The notes: a model not told the origin generated them from the sequence alone. 58,283 bases of DNA, filler included, from Basidiobolus meristosporus CBS 931.73 (GCA_002104905.1; 3 parts of 3 records of this genome joined end to end with filler, not necessarily neighbours in it); one strand, 5' to 3'; positions 11,299 through 24,083 are shown, counted from the first letter of the whole stretch. Program-made: numbers and translations.

Positions 11299-14188
11299 GG
11301 TTATGAGCCCCAATTGCCTTAATCTATCCCAAAGATTACCTCAACCGGCAAACAGAACAATACAAACATTTTCCCTGTAAGGAGAGGTTTGATGGGAAGA
11401 ACTACAGACTTTGGAGAATCAAGATTCAGATCCACCTTGAGGAAAGAAATCTTTGGAATACAGTAATAGGAAAAGAAGTTGACCCCAAAGGAACAGCAGA
11501 AGAAGTGCAGAGTTTCAAGAGATGGAGAAAAACGCCTTTAATGCTATATGTATCATTGTGCAAGATTCCTTCATTGGACAAATCCATGCTTCAAATACTG
11601 CCAAAGCAGCATTGGAATCCTTTGAGAAGATACTTAAAGCAAAAGCAGTATCAAGCAAGCTTTATCTAAAACAAAAATTTTTCAACATGGGGAAGAGCCA
11701 GATTATGACATGCTACAAATCATTACCAGAATGGAGACACTTGCAGAAGATCTTTACAGTATTAAAGCTGCTGTAGATGATGAAGAAAAGATACACTGTA
11801 TGCTTTGCAGCCTACCAGATAAGTATGAACCACTCATACTTTCCTTAGAATGCAGAGAAGACAACTTGACTTTAGACTTTGCTCAAGGAAGATGTCTCCC
11901 TGAAGAACTTGGACTTAATGATCAAGCGGAGAAAATTGTAGACAATTCTTTATTCAGCTCAGAGAGGCACACAGAAAAGAAGGGAAAGCAACAAAACCAA
12001 AGAAAGCCTGGTTGCTGTAACTATTGTAAGAAGCTAAAACACTGGGCAAGAGAATGCAAGAAGAAACAAGCAGATATAAACAGAAACTGGAGCAGGCAAG
12101 CCATATAGCTACTGATGGACAGTTATTTGTAACTGTACAAGAGAGTGCAAGTAACCAAAGTAATGAATGGTATATTGACTCTGGAGCATCACAGCATATT
12201 TGTGGTATAATGGAGTGAGTCAGCAACTCAAAGACTATTCCCGTAAGAAAGCCTTATCTGGGAGACAACTCTGCCCTGGAAGCAACCGCCAGTGGGTCTA
12301 TACTTCTAAATATGAGTGATATCTCAGGGGCTACAGCAGCAAAACTGACTGATGTACTCTCTGTCCCTGGAACAGTTAAGAACCTACTCTCAGCCAGTAG
12401 AGCAACTGCTCAAGGACTGAAACTTGCTTTAACTATGTGGAACTGCTCAATGTTGAGTGCAAATGGACAAAAATTAGCTTTGGGAATCAGAGAGCACAAT
12501 ATATACAAGTTACAATGCAAGATCATTATACCTGAGTATGGCAACATTGCTAAAACTGATGCAACTAACTGGGAGACATGACATAGGAGGCTGGGACACA
12601 TTGGGGGACAGAACATGAGCCAATTGATGAAAAATGAGCTTCTTTCAGGCCCAAATTACTCAATTCCAATCAAATACAGTATCTGTAAGGGATGTTCATA
12701 TGGCAAACAAGCTAGGCAACATCTCAGGAGCTCAGGAGGCATCAGCAGCACCAGAATACTGGCTATTGTACACTCAGACAATTGTGGGCCCATGAGAACA
12801 CTGTCCTTTGGAGACATGGGATTCTCTATGATGCTTATTGATGACAAGACAAGATATACATGGGTATACTTTCTCAAAACAAAGGATGAGGCTTTAGCAT
12901 TGTTTAAACACTTCAAGAAAATGAAAGAAACACAAATCTGGACTAAATTGAAGGTACTCTGAAGTGATAATTTAGGGGCATACTGCTCAAAGGAGTTTGC
13001 ATAATACTACACTTCTACTGGTATAATTCAGCCAGCCACTGTTCCACATACTGCACAGCAAGATGGAGTTGCAGGACATACAAATAGAACAGCAGTAGAG
13101 ATGGGAAGTCCTATGATACATGATATGGGAATGAACTTCAAGTTTTTGTCTGCATCTGTTGCTATTGCAGTATACATCAAGAATAGATGCCAACAACAGC
13201 ACTGCAGGATTCTACACTCTTTGAAGCACATACAGGTAAAAAACCAGACCTCCAGCCCCTCAGGATCTTTGACACTGATGTCTTTTATCACATCCATGAC
13301 AAAAAACGCTCAAGCTGGAACCAAAGAGTAGAAAAGGGATCTTTCTTGGGTATTGTGATGATACTGAAGGGTATAGAGTGTATGATGGCAAGATTCAGAT
13401 GCTGATCAAGAGCAGGGATGTGGTATTAGGGAAGAATTCAGATCAGAAAGCCACAGAAATCTTTGGCCAGCTGCCTGATGATGCAATCAACACTAATGAA
13501 GAAAATACTTACCAAATTCAGCCAGATACAGAAGTTTATTTCTACCAGTTCCAGATTGGAGCAGATTATCCCAGGTAGGAGGTATACCAGAATAAGAAAT
13601 GCCCCTGGATCCTGGTGGTAGACATCCAATGATGATGAAGAAGCTTATCTTGCCTTATGTGCCAAACCTATATGGTACTGGAATACTCTGGAGCAGCTAA
13701 TTGACGGAAATATGATGGTTATAGTGATTCAGATTGGGTCAGCAATCTGATTGACAAACACTTTACCACTGGGTATGTTTTTCTCTAAGCTGGTGCAGCT
13801 ATTACTTAAAATTGCAAGATACAAGCAACTGTGGCCCTATCTACAACTGAAGCTGAATATATGGCTGCTTGCCAAGCAACTAAGGAAGCTATATGAATAT
13901 GGAAATTATCCAAAGATTTAGGCTTTACTCATACACACCAACATGTACTTACAAAGGTAATCAAGGTTGTATTGCATTAGCTGGGAATTGTACTAATTAT
14001 GCCAAGCCAAGTACATAGATATAAAACACAACTTCAAAAGTGAAGCTGTAGAAAATAGCTTAGTAGAGTTAGTTTACTGTCCAACTGACAAAATGGTGGT
14101 AGATATATTGACCAAACCACTAGTTCAACCACAATTTGAGAATCTCAGAGAGGAATTAGGATTAAGAAATTATTTAGTTGAGGAGGAG

Positions 14189-14556
14189 TGTTGAAACATT
14201 GGACTAATTGGTATCATTCAGCAGCTAAAAATTTACTTAACAATTCTAGACTAGTTTTGGTCACTGTAGGACTTATTTGCAGCCCCTACCTTGCCAGCTT
14301 CATCACATCTTTGACGCTTTGATTATTCCTCTATAGTGAAGATCAAATTAACACTTTTTACCAAACATTACGTACTAACCCTGAGACTGTTGCAGAATAC
14401 TCAAAAATGCTAAGAAACCCCCTTACTCAGTGTTGCCGCTGTATTACCTCTACAAAGGTATAAAGCTGATCCTCTTTATGAATAAATTAAAGTTCATTTA
14501 TTACCACTATATCTTGATAAGTTCCTTGTATCCAAATCACTTCTTACATTGCAACA
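14189..14556 (+). repeat. Copia A 3' LTR (old copy)
   Basis: Preceded by a purine tract. Roughly 85-87% identical to the 5' LTR by eye. Confidence 0.9.
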
Positions 14557-17029
14557 GTAACCCTAACTAGCAAGAAGACTGTGAAAAATTAGCATAAATT
14601 TCTCATAGATGGCAACTCATGATATCACATGTACCAGTTGCAGGACAGATATGCAGAAATTCTTTCAAGGTAAAGACTGGACTAACCTAAGCTCATTGCT
14701 AGCTCAGCACCAAGTTGCCCACTACTTCTTCATGATTTGCAACTAAATATTTGAAGGATCAATGACTAATGAATATCATCACAATACCTTCCAACTGCCA
14801 GCTTGATACAAGCTGAAGGGCTGATAATATCCAAGTTCCAAGAATAAAACAACAATTACATTAGATCAGAGGGCAGAGTCAAGATTTTCAGTAGTACACA
14901 AATGAATAAAAGCTAGTCTAAAATGCCTATCCTGTCACATTGCATGAAACTACTAGCCTTCAAACCAAGGTACTTCAAGCTGCTAAGAATCCAATGGCAA
15001 AAAATGTTCCACTTCACTAATCCCTTGGATCCTCCACTTGCATCTTGATCTGCTTAAGTTGGTATCACCAAAAACCATAGCCTACTTGGTAGCTACTGAT
15101 ATTAGCTTCATCTTAAGCAGGACAGAAATAATACATATATGTTATTACACTTAACCAGTACAACCTAATCTGGGGCTTTCCAAGTGTTCCATCATGACAG
15201 CTCTGATATGCAATTGTTACTTTTGATTGAGCATTGCATATTGATTGAGTGCAAACAGACAACTCCATGGTCTTATGGACCTATTATAACCCTTAGCTTG
15301 GCTCTTGATAGCACTCCTCTAGCTCCAACTGCAAATAAATTAACTTCATTGTTCATTGCAACATAGTTGTGGTGTCTGACAATGCAGTCTCTCATGGATT
15401 GCTCTGCTACCTTTACAAGCAACAGTACATTATTGACCCTATGGGGTAGGATTGCTGGATCATATCTAGTGCAATAGATAGTTCACAACTGAGTTAGGTA
15501 TCAGCTAGCTCCATTGAGATACTGGCAACTCATTAAGTGTAGGTTTGTGCTACATGCTTGGTTTTTAAAATGTTGATAGCTGAGCTTCCTTGCTGATATA
15601 GTTCTAGAGCATGCAAATAGCAAATCAATGGATTGTGAGAACCCCAGAGTTTCAGGAGCTTCTTGCTTTCAAAACACCTCTGATCCAAGATGGTTTACTT
15701 TAGTCAATCATTCATTTGGATATGTCTTAGCATTTGGCAGGCTTGATCAAATTTGATGAGAAAGCTTCCTAAAGCAGCCATTTCTCTAAGCATCTTGGTA
15801 GCAGCTATCATTACTGCAGTGTGGCTTGTAGCAGAGGGATGCCTATAACTTGATTGCATTGTAATACAAAGACTACAATGTGATCCATGTTAATATACAT
15901 GGTCATTGATCATTATAGGCCCAGAGATACATGGACTAGTGTAGGGCAACAGGTACACTACTCAGCAGTAAATCCTATATTCACCATAGTCTATACATAG
16001 TGGACACCATTTGTCAATACTCTGGCCAAAGTCTCCAGTGGCACTTTTCTTGATGGTGGTAGAAATTCCATGGCTCAATATAATTAGATATATTGTCTCC
16101 TACTTTTTGATTCATGATGGAGACATGCAGCTCATCTGATAGGTGCTTCACTAAGCCTCAGCATCATGTGTACTGCTAAAAATATCACTGATATACCATG
16201 TGTACTGCTCCAAAGTTAGTATGTATTGAATAAAGAAATAGCCAGTTCATCCAGATGTTGCATTTGTGTTTTTGCATATACACATGAATAGTGATTGGAG
16301 TATCTGAGGAGTACTTCAGGCAGTGGATGCACTGTAAATTCCTGCCAATTCTTATGAATTCCTCTGGTATTTCAAAGGGATCATGTAGTGTGAAATGCTC
16401 ATGTACAACTTCATCATGATAATAGTGAAATTTCTGAAACATAAATGTATTGCTCCTGGTGCAAAGCTTTTGAACGTATCTTAAGTATCTCTGGCCTACA
16501 TTTAGTTGCATATTCTGGCTGATAGCTTATAGATTGCCAACTTAGCTGTAATTGCACTCTGTTTTCTGTACATTCTCATTATGTGAAGGAGTTGTTCTGA
16601 GTGCTGATGATTGGATAATGATAACATTTGTGAGTTTTGGAGTATATCCCTTGGCTCTCACATGTTTAACAGCAATACAGTCCATTATGCCCAGAAAAGT
16701 TGGCTATCTTTCTGATGGCTGGGGAATGATATGCACCTGCGTATGATGGCCAAGCACTAATATCCCACCAGAGCGCATACAAATGCATTCAGCAATGGAT
16801 ACAGGGAGTTGTCCAAGTTAGATGGTTATTTAGGGCAAGATGCTTGTGAGACAACCATAGGACTTCTGCTCTGATGCCATAAGATTGACACCACATTCAG
16901 GTTGACAAGAATCGGAAGCTAGCTGGATTTTCAGGTAGTGTACTTGTGTAAAGCAAATCCATCAGTGCCAAGGAAAAGGCATGGTCATGCATACCTCTAA
17001 AGGAGCCCTTGCTTCTTAGTTGTTGCCAA

Positions 17030-17777
17030 TGTTTGCTATGTAAAACCAGAGAATGTTTGCACTTGATTGATACTGCATGTGGTACTTGATAGCTTCACAT
17101 TATCTGTTGGACTGCAGAGTATCATTAAATTGGGTATTACTGGAATATATCTGGAGTGTGAACAATGTTCTACTCTGGTAGTGGTGGCCAACTGATAAGT
17201 TGGACACTGTTGCAATGGTGGCATTTTCTGAAGTAAATGCCAGGCAACTGATAGCTTATGATGGTATTAGGACAGTCTTGGGGTCATACATAGCCTACAA
17301 CATGACAGTATTCCATTTGTACTGAGTACATGGTAAGTTGCATCCCAGAATAACATAGTCAAGAAGTAGTAATAAGTCCTCAAAGCCCTATTACTGATTT
17401 TAGTGGATATTTGCCACTTCCCTAGCCATGACATCACATCATTTACCAGCAGACAGATCACTGTGAAAACTTGGATCCATAGAGTAATCTAGGCATTTTT
17501 TTCCAAAAGTTTTGAGTCATTGCATAATAAGATCTTGTGGGGCTTGTGCATGGCACTGTAATTAGGGCAGATAGTCTCACAATCCATCAGTGAGCCTGCT
17601 GCTTCAGAGCTATCACTTTGTGTGCCATATTCAGAAGGCTGAGGTGAGCCTAAGATTATTATAAACTCACCTGACTCAATTTGTGCGGGGTGACAAGTAC
17701 AGCTAGGTGTTCTTATAGAAGTATCAAGTAGCTGGCAAGATATTGCTGGTACAGTAGTGACTGATGAATGGCTGAGG
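17030..17777. repeat. Unclassified dispersed repeat X, copy 2
   Basis: Similar to 4990-5900; abuts the truncated Gypsy integrase at about 17778. Confidence 0.6.
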
Positions 17778-18711
17778 ATCAATGCTTCTAGTGATATGGT
17801 CATATCAAATATCTGCTTTATCTTTTCTGCATATTGAGATACTTTGGCCTGTGCCTCTTGATGTCTTTGTTCCAGCTGCAGGTGTCTACTTGTCTGACTG
17901 AGCACATCTTTTAAGGTGTCTGTAAGCTTTGGCTATGTGAGATCTCCTGAAATCCCTGGGTCACATCTATACACTAAGTAAAATGACAACTGTTGGGTGG
18001 TGTTGTGTACTCTGACTCTGCATGCAAAAAGTGCTTGGTCTATATATTCATTCCATCTACTGACAGCTCCATTTGCATACTTGGTTAGCATTTCTCCAAA
18101 TAATCCATCAAACTGCTCAGTGACTCCATTAGTTCTAGGGTGATATGCCAAGGTAATCCAGTGTTTGCTCAGCTACATTTTTATGTAGGCTTCCAATGCC
18201 TTTGCCATAAAGTTTGCTCCTCTATTAGATAAAATCGCTACACGGCATCCAAACCTCATAAATATCTCTTGGTAAATGAAACCTGCAACTTCTTACCCAC
18301 TGGCTAATGGTACAGCCTCAGCCACAGGCCATTTGGTAGCAAGGTCAGTTGCTACTAGGATCCAATGGTTGCATTTCCTGGTAGTTGGCAGTCTTCCAAT
18401 AAAGTCAATTCCCCATCTTTCAAATGGTCTTACAGGCTCCAGGGGACAGAGTTCAGCAATTTTCTGTGGTTAACCTCGGTTGATTTGGCAGTATGGGCAT
18501 GCTTTCACCCACAGCTCAATATCTTGTTCCATTCTGGGTCATCATGCTCTGGCTTTCACAGTTCCAAGATGTCTATATCCATTGTGTAGCATATGTACTA
18601 AATCCAGGCAAGCAACATAAGGGCAATAGGCAGTAGAGTTTCCATGATCAAATTTGGTAGAGTTTTTTATCCTGTACCACAAGTTTACTGGCTCTATTCT
18701 GGGCTATCTTC
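17778..18711 (-). pseudogene. Gypsy integrase remnant (host of the Copia insertion)
   Basis: WILVATDLATKWPVA-like core, AYHPRTNGVTEQF...W..YIDQALFACR. Same family as 3960-4560. Confidence 0.8.
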
Positions 18712-19074
18712 TGTTGCAATTTAAGAAGTGATTTGGATATAAGGAACTTATCAAGAAATAGTGATAATAGTTGAACTGTTGTTTATTCATAAAGAAGCTC
18801 AGTATTTATACCTTTGTAGAAGTAATACAGCTGCAACACTAAGTAGGGAGGGTTTCTCAATATTCAGGAGCATTCTGTAACAGTTTCAGGGTTAGTACAT
18901 AATGTTTGGTAATAGTGCTAATTTGATCCTGACTATAGGGGAATAATCATAAGATCATATATCTAGAGAAAGTGGCAAAGTTAAGGCAGTAAATGAGTCC
19001 TACAGTGACTAAGACTAGCCTAGAATTGTTAAGTAAATTTTTAGCTGCTGAATGATACCAAATAGTCCAATATT

Positions 19075-22000
19075 TCAACACTCCCCCTCAACTAAATAGT
19101 TTCTTAATCCCAATTTCTCTCTAAGGATCTCAAACTGTGGCCTAGCTAGTGGTTTTGTCAATATGTCTGCCACCATTTTGTCAGTTGGGCAGTAAACCAG
19201 CTCTACTAAGTTATTTTCTACAGCTTCCCTCACATAGTGATGCTGTATATCAATGTGCTTAGTTCTGGCATGATTAGTAGGATTTCTAGCTAATGAAATA
19301 CAACTTTGATTATCCTTGTAAATACATGTTGGTTCACCTGAATTAAAACCTAAGTCTTTGAATAATTTTTGTAGCCATATAGCCTCCTTAGTTGCTTGAC
19401 ATGCAGCCATATATTTGGCTTCAGTTGTAGATAGTGCCACAGTTGGTTGTTTCTTGCAATTCCAAGTAATAGCTGCACCAGCATAAAGAAGTACATAGCC
19501 TGTGGTAGAGCGTCTGTCAATCAGATCTCTACCCCAATCTGAATCACTATAACCATCAAATTTTTGCCTATTAGATGCTCCAGAGTATTCCAGTACCATA
19601 TTTATGGTACCTTGTAGATATCTGAAAATCTGCTTAACTGCTGCAATTTGATCTGATACATAATTCTGCATGAATTGACTGACTATTCCAACCACTACTG
19701 CAATATCTGGACATGTAGACACCATCAAGTACATCAGGCTACCAACCATTGATTGATAGGGAAAGTTTTGGTCCATATTTGAGCCGTTTTCATTTATAAC
19801 TGGCTGAGATTTGCTTAATTTCAGGTTATTGTCCATAGGGGTTGCTGCAGGTTTGCAATTTTCCATTTTGAAGCGTCTAAGAATGTCCCTAATATACTTG
19901 GACTGATTCAGCACAATTTTCTGCGTAGGTATGTCAAATTTGACCTCAATTCCAAGAAAATAGCTCAATTTTCCAAGATCTTTCATCTCAAACTTGCTGA
20001 AGAGATCTGATTTTGTCTGTTTAAGTGCCTCTTGATCACTTGTAGCTATAATTAGGTCGTCCACATAAAGAACTAGGATGATCACACCCTTTTTGAGCTG
20101 TTTCACATATATACTGTGATCTGCAGTGCTACAAGAGAACCCAATTTCCTCTAGATATGTGTCAATCTTGTTATACCATGCTCTGGGTGCCTGCTTAAGC
20201 CGATACAACAATTTTCTAAGTTTGCACACCTTATGGGGGCCTTTTGGATTGGTAAAACCTTCTGGTTGCTCCGTATATATAGTTTCTTGCAAATCCCCAT
20301 TTAGAAAGGCTGTTTTGACGTCCATTTGGTGTAGATCTAGACTGTGTACAGCTGCCAGGGCTAGAACTGTCCTAATAGAGTTAAACTTGGCAACTGGAGC
20401 AAATGTTTCCTTAAAGTCTAGTCCCTGGATCTGGGAATAGCCTTTAGCTACCAATCTAGCCTTGTACTTATCAACGGCACCATTTGAGGTTATCTTAATC
20501 TTGTAGACCCATCTACATCCTATTGGCTCTCTCCCATTTGGTAAATCTACCAGTTCCCATGTTTTTGCCTTAATCAGTGATTGGTACTCCTCCTGCATGG
20601 CTTGTTGCCACTTAGTAGCATCTGGTCCTTGCATTGCCTGTTCCAGATTCTGAGGTTTGGCACATAAGGCAAGATAAGCTTCTTCATGATCATTGGATGT
20701 CTGCCACCAGGATCCAGGGGCATTTCTTATTCTGGTAGATCTTCTAACTGGGATAATCTGTTCTGATCTGGAACTGGTAGAAGTATCTTCCATCTCTGGC
20801 TGGATTTGGTACGTATCTTCTTCATTTGTGTTGATTGCATCATCAGGCAGCTGGCCAATGATTTCTGTGGCTTTCTGATCTGAATTCTCCTCAAATACAA
20901 CGTCCCTGCTCTTGATCAGCTTCAGAATTTTGCCATCATACACTCTATACCCTTTAGTATCTTCACAATACCCAAGAAAGATCCCTTTTCTACTCTTTGG
21001 TTCCAACTTTGAGCGTTTTTTGTCAGGGATGTGATAAAAAACATCACTGCCAAAGATCCTGAGGTGCTGGAGATCTGGTTTTTTGCCTGTATATGCTTCA
21101 AAGGGTGTAGAATCACGTAGTGCTGTTGTTGGGCATCTGTTCTTGATGTATACAGTGGTAGCAACAGATTCAGCCCAAAACTTGTAGTCCATTCCCTTGT
21201 CATGTAGCATAGATCTTCCCATCTCTACTATTGTTCTATTTGCACGTTCTGCTACTCCATTTTGCTGTGGAGTATGAGGAACTGTGGTCTGTTGAAGTAT
21301 ACCAGTAGACAAGCAGTATTTTGCAAACTCCTTTGAGCAGTATTCTCCTCCATTGTCACTTTGTAGTACCTTCAATTTACACCCAGTTTGTGTTTCTGCC
21401 ATGTTCTTGAAGTGCTTAAGCGTCTCTAAAGCTTCATCCTTTGTTTTGAGGAAGTACACCCATGTATATCTTGTCTTGTCTTCAATAAACGTCATAAAGT
21501 ATCTCTTGGCTCCAAAGGACAGTGTTCTCATGGGGCCACATATGTCTGAGTGTACAATAGCCAATATTTTGGTGGTATTAATGCCTTCTGAGCTCTTGAA
21601 ACGTTGCCTTGCTTGTTTGCCATATGAACATCCCTTACAAACATTCAATTTGATCGGAATTGAGTATTTTAGGCCCAAAACAAGCTGATTTTTCACCAAT
21701 TGGCTCATTTTCTGTTCCCCTATTTGTCCTAGCCTCCTATGCCACGTCTCCCAGTTTGTTTCATCAGTTTCAGCAATGTTGCCATACTCAGGTACAATGA
21801 TCTTGCATTGTAACTTGTATATATTGTGATCTCTGATTCCCAAAGCTAATTTTTGTCCATTTTCACTCAATATTGAGCAGCTCAGCTTAGTAAAAACCAA
21901 TTTCAGTCCCTGAGTAGTTGCTTTACTGACTGAGAGTAGGTTCTTAGCTATTCCAGGTACATAGAGTACGTCAGTCAGTTTTGCTGTTGTTGCCCCTGAG

Positions 22001-22992
22001 TTATCACTCATATTTAGTTGTATAGACCCACTAGCGGTAGCTTCCAATGCAGAGTTATCTCCCAGATAAACCTTTCTTACGGGAATAGTCTTTAAGTTGC
22101 TGAACCAATCCTTTATACCACAAATATGCTGTGATGCTGCAGAGTCAATATACCATTCATTACTTTGGTTACTTGCACTCTCTTGTACAGTGACAAATAA
22201 CTGTTCATCAGTAGTTATATGGTTTGCCTGCTCAAGTTTCTGTTTTTTGTCTGTTTGTTTCTTCTTGCATTCTCTTGCCCAGTGTCCTGGCTTCTTACAG
22301 TAGTTACAGCAGCCAGGTTTTCTTTGGTTTTGTTGCTTTCCCTTCTTTTCTGTATGCCTTTCTGAGCTGAATAAAGCATTATCTTCAATTTTCTCTGCTT
22401 GATCATTACGTCTGAGTTCTTCATGGAGAAGTCTTCCTTTGACATAGTCTAAAGTCAAGTTGTCTTCTCTGCTTTCAAAAGAAAGTATGAGTGACTCATA
22501 CTTGTCTGGTAGGCTGCAAAGCAGACAGAGTATCTTTTCTTCATCATCTACACCAGCATTAATACTGTAAAGTTCTTCTGCAAGTGTCTCCATTCTGGTA
22601 ATGAGTTGTAGCATGTCATCATCTGGCTTTTTTCTCATGTTGAAGAACTTTTGTTTCAAATAAAGCTTGCTTGATACTGACTTTGCTCTAAAGATCTTCT
22701 TTAAGGATTCCCATGCTGCTTTGGCAGTATTTGAGGCATGGATTTGTCCAATGAAGGAGTCTTGCACATTGATGCATATTGCATTGAAGGCCTTTCTCTC
22801 CTTCTCTTGAAACTTCTCCACATCTTCTGCTGTTCCTTTGGGCTCAACTTCCTTTCCTGTTACTGTATTCCAAAGATTTCTTTCCTCAAGGTGGATGTGC
22901 ATCTTGATTCTCCAAAGTCTGTAGTTCTTCCCATCAAACCTCTCCTTTACAGGGAAGATGTTGGTATTGCTTTGTTTGCTGGTAGAAGTCAT
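19075..22992 (-). CDS. gag-pol: Copia gag-pol polyprotein (Gag with CCHC, protease, integrase, RT, RNase H)
   Basis: CNYCKKPGHWAREC; WYIDSAASQH; HSD..SDNGGEY..NGVAER; KARLVAKGYSQ, YVDD; SDSDWG..DRRSTTGY, TKHIDI. The ORF ends 6 nt inside the 3' LTR. Confidence 0.97.
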   Translation of the reverse strand: MTSTSKQSNTNIFPVKERFDGKNYRLWRIKMHIHLEERNLWNTVTGKEVEPKGTAEDVEKFQEKERKAFNAICINVQDSFIGQIHASNTAKAAWESLKKIFRAKSVSSKLYLKQKFFNMRKKPDDDMLQLITRMETLAEELYSINAGVDDEEKILCLLCSLPDKYESLILSFESREDNLTLDYVKGRLLHEELRRNDQAEKIEDNALFSSERHTEKKGKQQNQRKPGCCNYCKKPGHWARECKKKQTDKKQKLEQANHITTDEQLFVTVQESASNQSNEWYIDSAASQHICGIKDWFSNLKTIPVRKVYLGDNSALEATASGSIQLNMSDNSGATTAKLTDVLYVPGIAKNLLSVSKATTQGLKLVFTKLSCSILSENGQKLALGIRDHNIYKLQCKIIVPEYGNIAETDETNWETWHRRLGQIGEQKMSQLVKNQLVLGLKYSIPIKLNVCKGCSYGKQARQRFKSSEGINTTKILAIVHSDICGPMRTLSFGAKRYFMTFIEDKTRYTWVYFLKTKDEALETLKHFKNMAETQTGCKLKVLQSDNGGEYCSKEFAKYCLSTGILQQTTVPHTPQQNGVAERANRTIVEMGRSMLHDKGMDYKFWAESVATTVYIKNRCPTTALRDSTPFEAYTGKKPDLQHLRIFGSDVFYHIPDKKRSKLEPKSRKGIFLGYCEDTKGYRVYDGKILKLIKSRDVVFEENSDQKATEIIGQLPDDAINTNEEDTYQIQPEMEDTSTSSRSEQIIPVRRSTRIRNAPGSWWQTSNDHEEAYLALCAKPQNLEQAMQGPDATKWQQAMQEEYQSLIKAKTWELVDLPNGREPIGCRWVYKIKITSNGAVDKYKARLVAKGYSQIQGLDFKETFAPVAKFNSIRTVLALAAVHSLDLHQMDVKTAFLNGDLQETIYTEQPEGFTNPKGPHKVCKLRKLLYRLKQAPRAWYNKIDTYLEEIGFSCSTADHSIYVKQLKKGVIILVLYVDDLIIATSDQEALKQTKSDLFSKFEMKDLGKLSYFLGIEVKFDIPTQKIVLNQSKYIRDILRRFKMENCKPAATPMDNNLKLSKSQPVINENGSNMDQNFPYQSMVGSLMYLMVSTCPDIAVVVGIVSQFMQNYVSDQIAAVKQIFRYLQGTINMVLEYSGASNRQKFDGYSDSDWGRDLIDRRSTTGYVLLYAGAAITWNCKKQPTVALSTTEAKYMAACQATKEAIWLQKLFKDLGFNSGEPTCIYKDNQSCISLARNPTNHARTKHIDIQHHYVREAVENNLVELVYCPTDKMVADILTKPLARPQFEILREKLGLRNYLVEGEC

Positions 22993-23016
22993 CTTTAGAA
23001 TAGATTAAGGCAATCA

Positions 23017-23028
23017 GGGCTCATAACC
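23017..23028 (-). promoter_or_regulatory. Copia primer-binding site GGTTATGAGCCC (complementary to the tRNAi-Met anticodon arm; half-tRNA priming type)
   Basis: Immediately follows the 5' LTR. The same PBS type is established for Drosophila copia and yeast Ty5. Confidence 0.85.
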
Positions 23029-23397
23029 TGTTGCAATTTAAGAAGTGATTTGGATATAAGGAACTTATCAAGAAATAGTGATAATAGTTGAACTGTTGTT
23101 TATTCATAAAGAAGCTCAGTATTTATACCTTTGTAGAAGTAATACAGCTGCAACACTAAGTAGGGAGGGTTTCTCAATATTCAGGAGCATTCTGTAACAG
23201 TTTCAGGGTTAGTACATAATGTTTGGTAATAGTGCTAATTTGCTCCTGACTATTGGGGAATAATCATAAGATCATATATCTGGAGAAAGTGGCAAAGTTA
23301 AGGCAGTAAATAAGTCCTACAGTGACTAGGACTAGTCTAGAATTGTTAAGTAAATTTTTAGCTGCTGAATGATACCAAATAGTCCAATATTTCAACA

Positions 23398-23755
23398 TCT
23401 TCGTGATCTCTTCATCCACCACAGTAGGAAAGCTTGGTCCTCCAAGAGCTTTGGTAATAAGCTAGGCCAATCTGACTCATGCACCAAGTTGAGTTGTACA
23501 ACTTGGTCTAGTCTTATTAAGGCATCAGTAACCAAGTTGTATTTCCCAGGGCTGTAAACAATTTTTAAGTAAAAATGCTGAATGTATTTACTCCATCTTG
23601 TCATGATTCTGGATAGTACCTTCTAAGTCAATATATACTTGAGTGAGGTATGATCAGTCTTCACAGTGCACTTGAATCCTTCAACTTATCATCTCCAGGT
23701 CTTCAAGCATTATATTATGGCAAGCATCTCCTTCTCAAGTGGTCACTATGGGTTC
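23398..23755 (-). pseudogene. Gypsy RNase H remnant, continuous with 17778-18711
   Basis: EKEMLAII*CLKTWR..VEGFKCTVKTDHTSLKY and RWSKYIQHFYLKIVYSPGKYNLVTDAL. Confidence 0.85.
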
Positions 23756-24083
23756 TGTTGCAATTTAAGTAGTGATTTGGATATAAGGAACTTATCAAGA
23801 AATAGTGATAATAGTTGAAATGTTGTTTATTTGTAAAGAAGCTCAGTATTTATACCTTTACAGAAGTAAAAATAGCTGTAACACTAAGTAGGGAGAGTTT
23901 CTTAATATTCAGGAGCATTCTGTAAGAGTTTCAGGGCTAGTACATAATGTTTGGTAATAGTGCTAATTTGATCCTGACTGTAGGGGAATAATCATAAGAT
24001 CATAATATCTAGAGAAAGTGGCAAAGTTAAGGCAGTAAATGAGTCCTACAGTGACTAAGACTAGCCTAGAATTGTTAAGTAAA
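23756..24083 (-). repeat. Third Copia A LTR, cut by the assembly gap
   Basis: TGTTGCAATTTAAG... colinear with 18712-19080. Confidence 0.92.

Larger units (their letters stand above)
10930..14556 (+). mobile_element. Old Copia family A copy with both LTRs and an RT deletion; non-autonomous
   Basis: LTRs 10930-11298 and 14189-14556 (TG...CA). PBS GGTTATGAGCCC at 11299. PPT GAGGAGGAG. TSD ATAAC/GTAAC. Fragmented gag-int homologous to 19075-22992. Confidence 0.92.
18712..23397 (-). mobile_element. Full-length Ty1/Copia element, family A (4686 bp)
   Basis: 369-bp LTRs 18712-19080 and 23029-23397 with 6 mismatches. Perfect 5-bp TSD TCTTC. PBS 23017-23028. PPT 19081-19089. Single gag-pol ORF. Confidence 0.98.
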
